Position numbers and translations under genes: made by a program. 64,000 nt of DNA. Source: Antedon mediterranea. Lineage: Eukaryota > Animalia > Echinodermata. Below the pieces are notes generated by a model. It searched no databases and had not been told where the DNA came from. It saw only the letters and a list, made by a program, of their open reading frames with translations. The stretch covers positions 18,493,365-18,557,364 of the forward strand of contig NC_092678.1 of the NCBI RefSeq assembly GCF_964355755.1. Reading direction: 5' to 3'. Of this stretch, positions 1 through 12,858 are shown one piece after another (within the stretch, counting starts at the first letter, position 1; the number at the start of each line of letters is the position of its first letter).

Positions 1-1518
1 TGGAATCCATTTATATTTAACGCATTATTTGGTGAAAATCAAGTACAATTTCAATAGATTTTGTCACTGTCAGTAAGGAAAAATGTTACTGTTGATAATG
101 TACACGGTTTCGTTAACCTTTCAAAGAATAAAATAGAAAAATTCATCATAATATCCTTAGTAGGATGTCCTAGGTCTAGACTAGGTAGTGATGTTGATTT
201 AGGATCGATTATTATTCTTTGAAAACAGAACAGTATCAGCAGTAACATATTACAACATTTTTATTGACAAATTAACAAATATATTGAAATAAAACGTGTT
301 TTTCACCAATAAATGCATGAGAAATTGACGCATTCCACTGAGTTTTAGTCCTCTATTATCGTTGCTCTTTTGGCGCTCCATAGAAACAAAAATATTGAAC
401 ATTAAATAAGTGAAATTCGCGAACAGTGTGCGAGAAACACGCCTGTAAAATCATTAATTTAAGGATTTATTTGTTACTTTTTATGTGATTCTTTCATTAA
501 AGTACTCTTTATATATATATACACACATATATATGTATACTTCTAAGGTGTGTGGTATTCACACGATAAAGTTAGTTATCAAATTTGGAGTAAAAATACA
601 AGCGAAGGAAACTAGCGCCAGGTTTATTAGTACGTACATGGACAACAATAAATAAAAATCGTTCGTAATATACCTAGCTTACTAAAACAGGAATAGTGTA
701 TCATTATTAAATATTACACCAATTATTATTTTATCAAAATTGATTAAATTATTTTCTACATAGGCCTTTATCTAGGTTAGGGCTAAGCATATTAGCTAAA
801 GTTTAATTTTAGGCCTAGTATTACAATTGTCGGACGTAAGTCTTTTTTCACACGCGCTCCAGAATTCTGTCGCAATTTTTTTCTTTGCGGCATGTTATTT
901 GATCGGCATATCAGTTACCTTTTATTCACCGCCAGTTATTGAACTTGTCCTGGCAAGATCGCTGTTCACCTTATTTGCGAGAGAGGTACACGTGTTGTTC
1001 CTAGAGAATGGAATGTCAAAAATGTCTTTGGCACGCCGCTCAGAGAGAATTCTGTGCGTTGCTGCTGAAACCACGTGCTATAGGAGGGGAATGCACCACA
1101 ATCCTCTGAGCTGAGGGCTGAATCATTCCGCTACCTGCTAAATAGTAAAGAGGGATTTTCCATCTCTCGGGTCTACCGGATCTAGGCGCAGGGGTGTGAC
1201 AAAATATTATTTTCACTCTGCTATGTTCGAGAGACATGTGAGTGAACACGCTCGAAATGCCAACAAACATTGCAGTCATTTGATGAGTGTGTCGCTATAA
1301 CAATTATTGTTTATCGAAAGTTGAAGACTGTCGTTCAGATTTTTGAACCGTAGTTTGGGCACTTTTGTAAAAGTAAAATTTGACACGATATGACTTGAAT
1401 GAAAAAACAATCGTTACATAAAAATAAACAACATGATGAGTGTATACACGAATCTATTTAGATACGCTTGTATCGATTGATTATTAGGCCTATAATATAG
1501 CATAATAGCACGTTAAGA

Positions 1519-1670
1519 TATGCCTCGCACCTTTTTGAAATTGTAAACTATATGCATCGCATGCCTCGCACTTTTGGAAATGATAAAATGATGCCTCGCA
1601 CAAATATTTGGCATGCCGCGCATGCCTCGCTTGCCTCGCGTTCCTCGCTGCCTCGCACTTTGTCAACACT
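1519..1670. repeat. TGCCTCGC motif cluster, probably the subterminal region of a DNA transposon
   Basis: About 8 copies of (a)tgcctcgc(a), ending in ttgtcaacact. Confidence 0.5.
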
Positions 1671-1996
1671 CAAGCATGATGCTATATAAAAGAATATTGC
1701 AAAATTAAAACCTAAAAACCTACAACATCAAAATAATTAAAAAAATAAATAAATATAAAACAATAATGGAATTAATACATTTACAAGAGTTATACAAATT
1801 TATTTTATCAAAAATATATAGCAAATATTGTGTACAATTAATAATATACAAATAATGAATGTTTATAAGTTGGATGGTGAGAATATTTAATGAGTTGAAA
1901 GATTGACTGCTCCATTCAATGAATACACTCATTAATTGTTTTATAAAACACCTACTGTTATAAAATAAGCTTTTATTCAACATAAATCATTGACAT

Positions 1997-2066
1997 AGGC
2001 CGAGGAGCTAGGCCGAGGAGCTAGGCCGAGGAGCTAGGCCGAGGAGCTAGGCCGAGAAGCTAGGCC
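1997..2066. repeat. 13-bp tandem repeat TAGGCCGAGGAGC x~5
   Basis: Seen directly; one mismatch in the last copy. Confidence 0.9.
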
Positions 2067-3004
2067 ATTTATAAAGCAGTGCTCCAACTTTGGACAGGCA
2101 GGGAGACTATTGAAATACATTCTACGTACAGTATATGACTATATAATGTCTGTAAATTATGGGTTGCATTCTATAAATTGTTTTTTGACACCTGACTTGA
2201 AGGGATCTAGACCATGTGTTGTCATCCTGCCATATCTATACATTGCTTCAATTCTCTAATTTGAATTAAGTAAATGATGTAATTGTTTTTTCTGCCATTA
2301 GCTTAATTTCTTTTTCCTTGATTCAATTTATCAGCTTAGTATGTCCTAGCCAAATATTTGCCAACTGCATCTAGAATATCATGCAGAGAGAATCAAGTAA
2401 CTAATAATGACTTGCGTAGTAGAGGTATTACAATCTCAGCGTGCAAGGAGACAAGGTGAAAGCAGGCAACGAGCTGGTTAAATCATCTTATTGTCGGCTC
2501 TTCAGTGGCCTAGTATTCTACCTATCGTGGCCTAGGCATTTGTAACGTTAGCATCTGTTGCGTTGCTGCCTGGCTAAAGGTTAACAGAACTCGTTAGGCA
2601 AAGATAGGGGTTGACAGGTGACCAATAAAAATACTTTTGTCAAATATGATAACTAAATGTATTATGTACAATTACAAAAAACATTTTTTGTCATCGTTTG
2701 ACGGGTAAAAATGTGAGGTTGTCGTTCATGTTTTTGTATAGCTTTTAGATAATTTTGGTATTTGTCCTGTGATTGAAATATAATTTAGACTATAAACCAG
2801 TTACGATTTTCAAAAATTTGCTAATAAACTAATAATTAACTAACTTACTAATCGATAAAAAAGTAAATTTTTTTCTCTGCGGTTTACAATTTACAATTGT
2901 TTAGGTGTTTTCACACTGCCATTTTCTCGGTTATTGGAAACTTTTTTTTTGTGCTGCCAAGAAATTGGGTGTGATTTATTCACATGGTTTGCAGCGGATC
3001 CATG

Positions 3005-3328
3005 AGAATTTCGGACCTCTTGTTCATTGCGAAATCATCTGATATGGTTGACACCTTTTTTTCATAAAACCTTGTAAAAGCAGATAATATACAGTGAGGT
3101 TTTATATCACCACCAGCCTCAAGGTCAAATTTGTCCCATTTCTTCTTCCAAACAATTGGGGTTAATTTATTAAAGACGGTTATTAATCAGCTATTTTGGC
3201 AGCAGAATTTTGGACCCCCGGTTTATTGCAAAATCATCTGACATGGTTCACACCTTTTTTCCTATCTTGCTAGCACATCACATCACACAGCCAGGTTTTA
3301 TATCACCACAGGCCTCGTGGTCAAATTA
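3005..3328. repeat. Diverged ~200-bp-spaced local duplication
   Basis: aaatcatctga.atggtt.acacc...ggttttatatcaccac...ggtcaaatt occurs at ~3030 and ~3230. Confidence 0.7.
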
Positions 3329-3414
3329 ACTGTCAGTATCTTTACATGTAATGAAATCATAATTAGGCAAGTGTAAGGTTACTATGATTGATAATAGAGC
3401 TTTTTAATTGGTTG

Positions 3415-3616
3415 AATAATAAAAATAATAATAGTTCATTCTTATATAGCGCATATAAGCAAGCTCTCAATGCGCTGATCATTATTACCCAGTCATTTTT
3501 TTGCATCAAACACGTATGGAAACATACTTCCATAATGCAGGTAGTAATCAGCGCAAAGTTGTGTCTTGATCTAACCGGGTACCCATTTATACACCTGGGT
3601 GGAGAGAGGCAAACGC
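3415..3616 (-). mobile_element. SINE fragment (CORE-like body, gcgctatataa...(tat)n tail)
   Basis: Minus strand tgcctctctccacccaggtgtataaatgggtacc with a LINE-type tail; second copy at 4440-4730. Confidence 0.6.
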
Positions 3617-3719
3617 CTTGAAAATACATGCAACGTTTTAGAATTTTCCCAATTAAGGCAGGGGCGTTGTTTACTGTACCTAAAGAGCCAACAGTATCTA
3701 CATGGTTTGAGGCTAACTC

Positions 3720-3856
3720 GCCCATAGTTCTCTTGAGAAAAGTAGGGGTTACCCCGGTGTAGGGGTTACCCTGGTGTACTAGTACACACACAGCCACTCA
3801 TCATAACTTGGCTCTCTGGGAGAACAGTTTTTGGCTGAAGAGGCCACCTGGTATAA
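3720..3856 (+). mobile_element. 3' fragment of the same SINE family
   Basis: gtaggggttaccccggtgt...acagccact...ctctgggaga...tgaagagg matches the reverse complement of 62930-63040. Confidence 0.7.
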
Positions 3857-4439
3857 AGAATAAATAATACTAAAATTAATATGTAACTATAAGAATATAA
3901 ATTTAAAATATGAACGCAACAAAACTCTTTAAGAGAGTAGGTGCAGAAAAATATAATAACTTCTATGATTTTAATTTAGCATGGCAGGTTTTATTGTTAC
4001 TATGACCATCCTGTGCCCGGCAATTAGAATAGTTTTTGTTTCATGTCTATTTTAACCTTCTCTCAAAGTTGCCTCTGACAGCCTTAAGTACCTTTAACCG
4101 ATAATACCCCAGACATCTGATAGCACGACGTCAGATGACGACAATCAGTGAATATTACTGTGTGTGTATTCATAGCCTGGCAAGGTGAATATTTTTCTGA
4201 TAGTGTACTGCAAGTATTTATGATCTCGTCAAATATACAACTAGCCATTCTTGCATTGACGTCATCTATTCATATACCCTGTTATATCAAACGAGGAATT
4301 TTAATTTCTGATCTCTCGTGATTATCCTTTCGACACCAAACAACCTAAGTTGACACTATCTGGTTATAAAAATCGTTTGTTTACGTGGCAATGATTAGGA
4401 TACAATTGTTCGAATGAACTAATATAATAGACTTGATAC

Positions 4440-4730
4440 AGAATAATAACAACAATGTATTAATTTATATTGTGAAAATTCCATCTTGTTCAAATAACAC
4501 TTGCATATTGTTACCCATTTTTTGATCAAACACATATGAAAACATACTTCCATAATATTGCAGCTAGTAATCAGAATAGTTCTTATTTTTATGACCTTAC
4601 CAGGTACCCATTTGTGAATCTAGATGGAGAGAGTAAAGTGTCTAAGGATACAAGTAATGTGACGGGCATTTGATTTAAACTCCCGATTTTGCGATCAGAG
4701 ATAAAAAAAATCCAACGCACTGCACCCCAC
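4440..4730 (-). mobile_element. Second, more decayed copy of the CORE-like SINE
   Basis: Aligns by eye with 3480-3610 (atcaaacac.tatg.aaacatacttccataat...ggtacccattt...ggagagag). Confidence 0.55.
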
Positions 4731-5131
4731 AATCAATTTCTGTAGTAAATATACATTCAAACAGCATACGCACATTTTTCTGGGTATTCAAAGAATGATT
4801 TTCCAAATTGTATTTTTATGTAGTGACTTGGCGGCCTTGCTTGCTCTTACGGTCACGGAAAATACAGATAGAGGGCTTTTTATTTTTGTGCGTTGTGTGA
4901 TTCCGTACATCCATAATTGGACCGTATCCATAGATGATCTGTAGTACTCCAACTGCTACACAAATCTAGTAACATTACCGCAGCTATTTCTCAACATTTA
5001 ACATGCAAACAATATATTAAACAAACATTATACATGGAGCATTATATACTTAAATTTAAAAGGATGCTCGTGGGCATAATCACTGTTGGAACCTTTCTAT
5101 GAGCAGGTGTCAACCAATATAATCCGTGCCA

Positions 5132-5292
5132 TATGCTTCTAACATTTGTTTTTTTATGTTCCACCCACATTAGTCTCCTGTCCAGATTTTAAGTTAAAAA
5201 CCTATGCTTTTAACATTTGTTTTTATGTTCCACCCACATTAGTCTCCTGTCCAGATTTTAGGTTAAAAACCTATGCTTCTAACATTTGTTTT
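5132..5292. repeat. About 70-bp tandem duplication (2.3 copies, plus a degenerate copy at ~5440)
   Basis: tatgcttctaacatttgttttt...ccacccacattagtctcctgtccagatttt is repeated. Confidence 0.8.
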
Positions 5293-8200
5293 TAGAGGAC
5301 AGATCCATCCATGCCAACATATGATATTAATAATCCGTCAATAATAGATATTACAAATGTCATTCATAATTTCAATGGAGGGAGGGTGCAACCCATGTTC
5401 TATCCCCAGGATCCACCCCTAGTTTTATTCAAGTTTCATTCTTTTATTTCACCCACAATAGTCTCCTATCCAGATTTTTATAGGTAAAAATATATATTTT
5501 AATATGAAACTTGTGTTAACTTAATTAAAGATTTTTTGTCAGCCTAGTAAAATTAATGAATTATTTATCGCATTAAAATATTTGCATAATCAAACTTTAT
5601 TAAGAATATGTTTTTTAATACGAAAGGGATGAGCATGGCTTTTTAAAGGGAAAGGGATTGCCTACTACTTAAACCATGGAGTTATTTTATTTTTCTATGT
5701 TTAAACCTTTGACTTCCCCAAAACATTACATCTGCTATAATATTTACAGCCTACACAAAAATAAAATAGAATCAATGATGTTTAGACAATAATGAGATGC
5801 AATATATTTGGTTTGTGCGTAGCCGTTTCGGTTATAGCGGGGGCGCGAATGGCTTCTTATAGGCGCCCGAATCAATACAACATAGACATCCGGATGGAAT
5901 ACCAATTGTATGATGACTCTAAGGTGAAGTTACGATGCAGTAACTAGATCAGGCGTTCATCGCATTTAAAACTCTGGAGATTTGTACATTATAATAACAA
6001 ACTACCTGGCTTCAATTGAACTTGAAATAATTTGAGATGTTTCGTTTTTTTTTTAACTTTTTTAATTTTTGTTTACGGTATCAGCAGATTCAGTAAATTA
6101 AATGTAACATTAATGTAGTTATAATTTACATATCCAGCTAAAAATTGACTGAAAACTCATCTTTATTTGTCAATTATTATCATGTCCGTTTAATTTAATA
6201 TACTAAATCAATATCATTGATATCAAATATCAAATTGGGGATCATGTCAAAAGTATCCTAATGCAGTTTAACTACATATTTTTACTGCAATAGTAAAAGT
6301 ATGATTTTATTTGATTAAACATATAAGGAGTATAAATAAAATGTAGTTACTGCAGTAACTGCAGTAAAATTCTATTCTAATGCAGTCTACATATTTTTAC
6401 TGCAATAGAAGTATGATTTTATTTTGTTTCAATATGAACCTTTATGAGACGGTGACTATTGGATTAAACAGATAAAGAGTAAATAAAATTTAGTTACTGC
6501 AGTTACTAATTGGTTTAAACAGGTATAAAATGTACTTACTGCAGTAACATTATTTTGATTTTAGGTCTTTTACCTATTTATTTGCCTACTGATATTTTTT
6601 TTTTAGCTAGAGTGACATGTTTTTGACAAATGAGGATTTTTAGAAGTTCTTTATCAAGCAGGAAAGGATTTTAAAATTGAGTGTAGCCTAATCGTGATCT
6701 TTGCCATTTATAATCAATGTGTTGTGTTTAAAGTTGAAAAGTATTACACAAATCCTGCTGAACCTACTGTGTAAATGTCTGTTTAATAATCTTGATATGT
6801 CCCTCACTGACTTTAAATCATTCTTTCAAACTATCTTTTACGTGACGTTTACCTCAACAAAACAAATCTTTGTTAGAACTTGTGTTTACTTACATACAAG
6901 TGCTGCAGCCGCGAGAAATAAAATGGTGCGGTGGTTGGAAAGAAAATGGAACAATCTCTGCGCAGGCCACAGGGTTGCCAAGGGCCTCCGTGAAAAAATG
7001 GTCAGTTTGATTAGACCGTACCAACCATACTGGTGGCTAAAGCCCTGACAAGTAGATGGATCCTACAATCTAATGGAGTAGAGCATGGGTGAAAGGGAAG
7101 GAATAGGAGGAGGAATTCTCATCCCCAACCTTGCTTGTTTGTTTGTAAAGTACTTCCTGTTACTGCCTAATCTTTCGTTATTACACAAGAAGAAAAAAAT
7201 GACATGTCATTCTCTCAAGCCTGCAGCCATTTTTGTGTGTTTTTTTCACAATTGTGTAAAAATTTGTTATTGTTAGTTGTAACTTCTACTGCTAGTTAGA
7301 GAATGGAAATGGATTTCGTTTGAATCCAAAAAACACCCCTGTTACGTAAACTTGTTTTTTCAGTTGATGATTTAGCGAAGGTCTACATTCAATAGGTGTT
7401 GGGAGGTGCCATGATTCAACTGCTTAAAAAAATCATAAAAATTCTGTTAAATTTTCGGAATGATTGCTTATATATTTTCTTAGAAGAATGAAAATTAGAA
7501 AAAGAATAAAATGTTAATTTTTCTAGAAATATTCACAAGTATATTTGAAAACATAAATATTTCAATGCATTGCAACAGCAATGCATTTTCATATGCTTAA
7601 ATTACTGCTGTTTAAAAAAAAAGCAACGGTACTACTGTATTTAATTTCATAAACAATTACAATTTCTGCAGTAATATTGCTGTAGTATTATGCAAATATT
7701 CAGTAAAATTGATATATATTCATATGGAAGTAAGAGGTTTTGAACCGTGTTTATACCATTAATAACAGTGTATGTGACAGTGTGCATTTAACACCTTTAA
7801 TAGAGGCTCCGGTGAACAAACGCAGCAGAAATCAATCAGTTATAGATTGTTGGCAATGTACGAATAATTTTTCCCCCTTTTTTTTTTCATCAAGAAGTGT
7901 TAAGTAATACATACATATACTGTATTTAATGTTTTCTTCCAATTAGCAACCTAGTTTGGTTACTAATTAGAAGCATTAACATAATTAGGTACAGTTGGGT
8001 TACCCTTTGCACACATACCTTTATTTTGTGACGGATACAAAAAAAGTGTATTGGAACATATCAAACTAGTCTCCAAAAGCCCACTCGGTTCCGTTGTTTT
8101 CATCCCTTTCCCTTTACAAAATATATGATATAAATTGCCTTCAACAATGTATTTGTGTTTACTCTTAGATAAATTCTATAATCCCCACTCAATTTTAACC

Positions 8201-8721
8201 CTCACATTTAATTTAAATTATTATAGTCATGACACAAGAACCTAAAAAAAATACATATTCCATTACACAAAACACTATCTTTGCAACATAACATTCAGTT
8301 TTCAGGGCCAAAATATTGGAACAAACTTATACCCAAATACATAACCAAATCATTAACAATAAAACATTTCTCATTTAAACTAAAAAAGCATCTATTATCC
8401 ACATACAATCACTGAATCATAAATAATATTAATTCAAATTTCATTGATATTTTCAATCGGTTTCATTTTTATTTATTGTTTTTTTTTGATAAATTTGTAC
8501 CTTATTTTAGGCAGCCCTTTCCAAGTTTTTCTTTTTTGGGTTTCGCCTCTCGTATTTATAAATTATTTTATCATAAATCTTTTACATATAAAAAGAAAAT
8601 AGAAAAAAATGTGTCTAGGCATCAATAATTATACAGTTGTTTTCCTAGAGCTAAAAGTGGTCTATATTAATTAAAGAAATGTTTTCACCTAAATCTAATA
8701 TATATGTTCTTTTTTTCACAG

Positions 8722-8811
8722 AGTGGTTGTTCACAAGAAGAAATACAGAATAAAATTAGTTCATATGAAACGCAACATCATCATTTGTTGGCGTGTCTAG
8801 AAAATGCTACG
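8722..8811 (+). CDS. KCND: Shal/Kv4 voltage-gated K+ channel, penultimate coding exon (C-terminal dileucine region)
   Basis: ttttttcacag|...|gtaag, 90 nt, phase 0/0. Translates SGCSQEEIQNKISSYETQHHHLLACLENAT, matching vertebrate Kv4 SSFETQHHHLLHCLEKTT. Confidence 0.92.
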
Positions 8812-10152
8812 GTAAGATATTTTTTTTCGATTTTCATTTTCAAACTTTTAATTATTTCTTTTTAAATTTAATTTGTTCATCAAACAACTAGCAAAAGAAT
8901 TTACAAATGAAGACTTTTAATACACTGTCAAATTTGAGTTGAGTGGCAGAGCGATTAAAGTTGCTTTTACATTGTGGCCGGATTCAGTGCGGTGCCCTGA
9001 GAAAAATATCAGGTTTAGAGGTAAAACATAGGATCACACCAAAACCTTAAGATTTGAATTCGTAACTGATCCATGCTAAAATTGGAGCTATTTGTACGAT
9101 TTTTTTCTTTTTTAAGCAATGAACAGTGATTATGAATGACCTCGCTTGACAGATAACTGAATTTGTGCTCCATGTGAAAGCATTCTCAACACTTCAAAAA
9201 TGTTTTTTTCAAGGTGCCCGACTGAATCCAACAGGGGCGCCGCAGACATAAAAGCATAGGTGTATGCTTGAGTAGTTCAGGTTGATTTCCTCTTTAAGAA
9301 ACTTTACTATTGAAGTGTATATAAAAAATGAATACAAAAAAATACTATAGAACGAAGAAGATGGTGAGGTGGGGATGTTTTTATACAGACCAGAAATTAA
9401 ATGGCAAAACTCAACAAATTTGAGATGCGACATTTTTAATACTAGTGACGATAAATGACCCGATATTGATAAATTTGTTCCAGCATTTGTCTTTATTCAG
9501 TAGGAATATAAAACACATTTACATGTGGCCTTACTAAATGTAAAAAAATATCTTGATAGGCTTGATTTAACCTCTTGATAATATTCTTGACATTTTCACA
9601 AAATGAGATGTGTATGTAACTACTGTAATATGAGCCGTGGAAATATTTTAAAATTTGGGTCACTTTTGATGGTGCCTACCAACAAGCATAAGAAGTTCTT
9701 CGTTTCGAGAAAGTAAATGTCAGTTTTTATGTGAAAGTTGTGAACCGACACGGTGAGTACGACGGTCACATAATTAGCTCAGACTGTGATGGATGTCTGA
9801 TGCTGACATTCCTAGGTGTCGCTTCCCAGGGGAGATGCATGTTATTAGGTGGTATGAATGAAAGCGTTAATTGGTTGCAAAATCGATAAAATGAATAGTG
9901 ATAATCGGGAGTCTGGATAGGAACAAACAGGGTTGTTACTCATGTTTTGCAAATGAATAGCTTCACGTTGAACGAGACACTTTTGCATAATGATAAATTA
10001 TTTCAAACCTTACACGAATAATCACTTTAATGTATATTTTCACATGATATCAAATCATAATATGTTACTTTTTTAATCTATTCAAACGTGGATTTAGTCT
10101 ATGTTTTGTGTTGTGGTCGATAAGTTGGGGTACGATTTAGTAAATATTTCAT

Positions 10153-10465
10153 ACTACTTTCACATCGCGCTCGGATTTGGCCTGGCGTCCTGAGAAAAAT
10201 ATTGCGAGCATTGAGCTTTCACTTCAAGCATGAATTCACTTATCCGGTGACAAGCTAGAGCATTCGTGCTCACTGTTGATTGGTCATAATGAAAAAAAAT
10301 CATACTATTTCAGCCACCAAAAGACTTCTTGATCCATCGCAGTGGTACATATCAAAATTGTACAAATTTGGTGTGAACGATCCTATGCTTTACCCCAAAC
10401 CCATTTTCCACGATATTTTTCTTAGGGCGCCGGACCGAATCCTGGCGCGATGTGAAAGCACCTTA
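10153..10465. mobile_element. MITE with ~50-bp TIRs; decayed inverted copy at 8955-9232
   Basis: ctttcacatcgcgc.cggatt.gg.c.ggcg.cct.agaaaaatat ... atatttttcttagggcgccggaccgaatcctggcgcgatgtgaaag. Confidence 0.7.
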
Positions 10466-10677
10466 CTGTAAACCAGATATTGTGTTTGTACGCCAATGAT
10501 ACAGAAACTGCACTGGTTGTGTTACAGTTCCAATATGAAACCAAGTGTGCCTGTGTCTGCATTATTGTGGGGACTCTACTCCACTGTCTTAACCACTGAA
10601 AATAATTTAGTGTTGGGTTCAGGTCACTCAGTAGGTGCGAAAGTGCAGTAGTGCCATTGTGGGGTGGAATGATTTAG

Positions 10678-10745
10678 TGGAGTTGTGGCTTGGTGGTTAT
10701 GATGCTTGGCTACCACTCCAAGGGTCCTGGGTTCAAGTCCTGTTA
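10678..10745 (+). mobile_element. tRNA-derived SINE head, interrupted by a DNA element
   Basis: A box gtggcttggtggtt and B box gggttcaagtcc. The probable remainder at 11792-11890 has an inverted match at 46272-46340. Confidence 0.5.
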
Positions 10746-10746
10746 C

Positions 10747-11787
10747 ATGTCAAAAACGAAGATCTTCGTTTTTGGAAACACAACGCTTGACTGCCAAACA
10801 CGAAGATCTTCGTTTTTCGCGTTTTTTTACGAAATCCGGTAGATAGGTTAATTATTGGTATATACTATAAATATGGACACTAAATTCGGTCTGGACCGTG
10901 AATATTTTACCTTTTGAAAGTAACTAATCTGGTTACGAACGATTGTCAAAATGGTACCTGTCGAAATAACATACACCGCGCATCACAGAGTAGCGCGTAC
11001 AGAGCGATGGTTTGGCGCATTGTGTATCGGTCGCGCGCTAGCTATGCCGCCGAAGCATTACAAAGGTTTATGTGGATTGCCATGTTTGTTTGTTATCTGA
11101 ATAAAAAATAATGGATGAATTTTCAATAAGAAGTCTTTTAATTTTATTATTGTATGTATACCCTAATTTTTTTGGTGTTTCACTGTAAGTGGCCGAGTTT
11201 CACGCAACAAACTTGTTTAGAAATGGTATGAATATTATCATCAGTTTATTAGCTAGGCTAGTAGTACTAGGCTATAGCCTAGGCCTAGTCGTAAAACGGT
11301 TTCCGGACCAACTTTAGGCCTAGTTAACTAGGCCTGGTGTCTTTACTATGTGGATTTTGGCGAAACATTGATGTAAGATTTATGATTTATAAAATGTAAT
11401 ACATTTTTCGATAGTGATAACTTGTTTTTATAGGCCTACCGGTGCCGTGTAAGTAACTTGTTCGTTGTTTGTTGATCTCACCGGGCGATATTTTCATATT
11501 GTGAGGTCTTGCACAAAATCGCGAATATCTCGACTTTCTTGCGCGAAACTACGAAAAACTCAAAAAGTGCGTTAATTTCATTTTACTATTACGATTTACA
11601 TTTTGCGATTTTAAAATCGTTCTTGGTACCATTGTAAAGCTAAAATCTTTATGATTATTTTAGTCTAAATTACATGTAAATCAGATCACATACATAGTTT
11701 CAATGAGCTTTAATAAAAACATTGAATTGGGCTATAAACGCTGGCGGTGGCAGTTTCTAACTGGAAAAACCTCTGGCAGTCAAATTG
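10747..11787 (+). mobile_element. Non-autonomous TTAA-flanked (piggyBac-like) DNA element
   Basis: Right end ...ctctggcagtcaaattg|TTAA; left-end ttgactgcca and aaaacgaagatcttcgtttt palindromes. 11415-11791 has a close inverted copy at 63626-64000. Confidence 0.7.
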
Positions 11788-12543
11788 TTAAGGACAAGAT
11801 TACAACTCCACTCCCAAAGACTTGTAATAAGACTTTGTTTATGTAGAGCATCTTGTTTATATGTTTGTCTTGTGAATCCTCATTAAATTAAAAAAAAATA
11901 TGAGAGCATGCACATTTAACAATGATTATAAATTTGGGAAAAACAATATTTTTTAAATCACGTGTTAATAAAAATGTCAGCATCATGATTATTCGAATAT
12001 GTAGTGAATTCTATCATACCCAAGTGCTTAAATTTCGTACATATTGTTGTTTAAATGGTTTGCATTTTAAATTGGTCCATACTTTATATCTATTTTTGTT
12101 TTGTTTTATTGTTTCATTCACTTTCCTTGTTTTATGTTGATATTACCGAAGTACACATTCTTAATTAAGTTGACATTTTGTAAATACCCATGCTTTATTA
12201 CAAGCTTCTTAAGACAATTGGCTGTGTCTGTGCCGCGACCGCTTCAGGCTTCGTTGAGTCTCAAATTAGCGGGCATTGGAAGAGTGCAGGTGTGACGTTG
12301 TACAGTAAGCCTACATACTCATGTTCAGTGAAGCGTGTAAGCATATGGTCTAAATATATGTCAACATCAATAAAGGCTCATTATAGACATTGATTCTGTG
12401 ACAATGATGGGAACCTTGAGTTCAGTCAGTGTATTCAATAAAGATCTATATTTTATTGGATTAAGTCAATAGAGATAATACGAATTGCCAAATTTATAGC
12501 TATATATATGCCTTTTGCATTCTTTATTATATTTCTTTTTTCT

Positions 12544-12858
12544 TTAAAGATGAATTGTCCTGAAAAAAAAGTACGCTATTTTCAATTCACATAATGGTTA
12601 TCCACTTTAAACAAAAATTGGATCGAAAACAAATTTATTTACCTGAAAAAACTGTAATTTAAAGAAATAATATTCAAATTGGCTACCAGCCAATGAGTTT
12701 TTAGTTCGATTTAACCATTTATTTTGTCATTTTATAAGTGAAAACATTTGTTTTCGTTTTTTTATACGGAAGTGAAATCATTTATTAAAACTACATAACC
12801 TATTGAAAATCTTATTTTATTTTCTTTTTTGGGGTAGGGGTGGGGTATACATCTTTAA
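12544..12858. mobile_element. About 320-bp TTAA-flanked MITE (Kolobok-like AG...CT termini)
   Basis: TTAA|agatg...catct|TTAA. Homologous copies at ~23225-23420, 26408-26739, 30780-31075, 48050-48260, 51073-51396 and 59550-59882. Confidence 0.65.

Noticed and set aside
827-1279. GC-richer ORFs as an upstream KCND exon
   Set aside because: No KARLARIR or S6-like sequence in the frames examined; earlier KCND exons probably lie before the window.
5820-5925. Short GC-richer open stretch ending in AAG|gtgaag
   Set aside because: No compatible phase-0 acceptor and no homology recognised.
10678-10745. tRNA gene
   Set aside because: A and B boxes are present but I could not form a complete cloverleaf; treated as a SINE head. 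The same applies to 63135-63222.
12200-12295. Cassette exon in the KCND intron (KCND3-long-like)
   Set aside because: No acceptor/donor pair giving a phase 0/0 open exon, and no similarity to Kv4.
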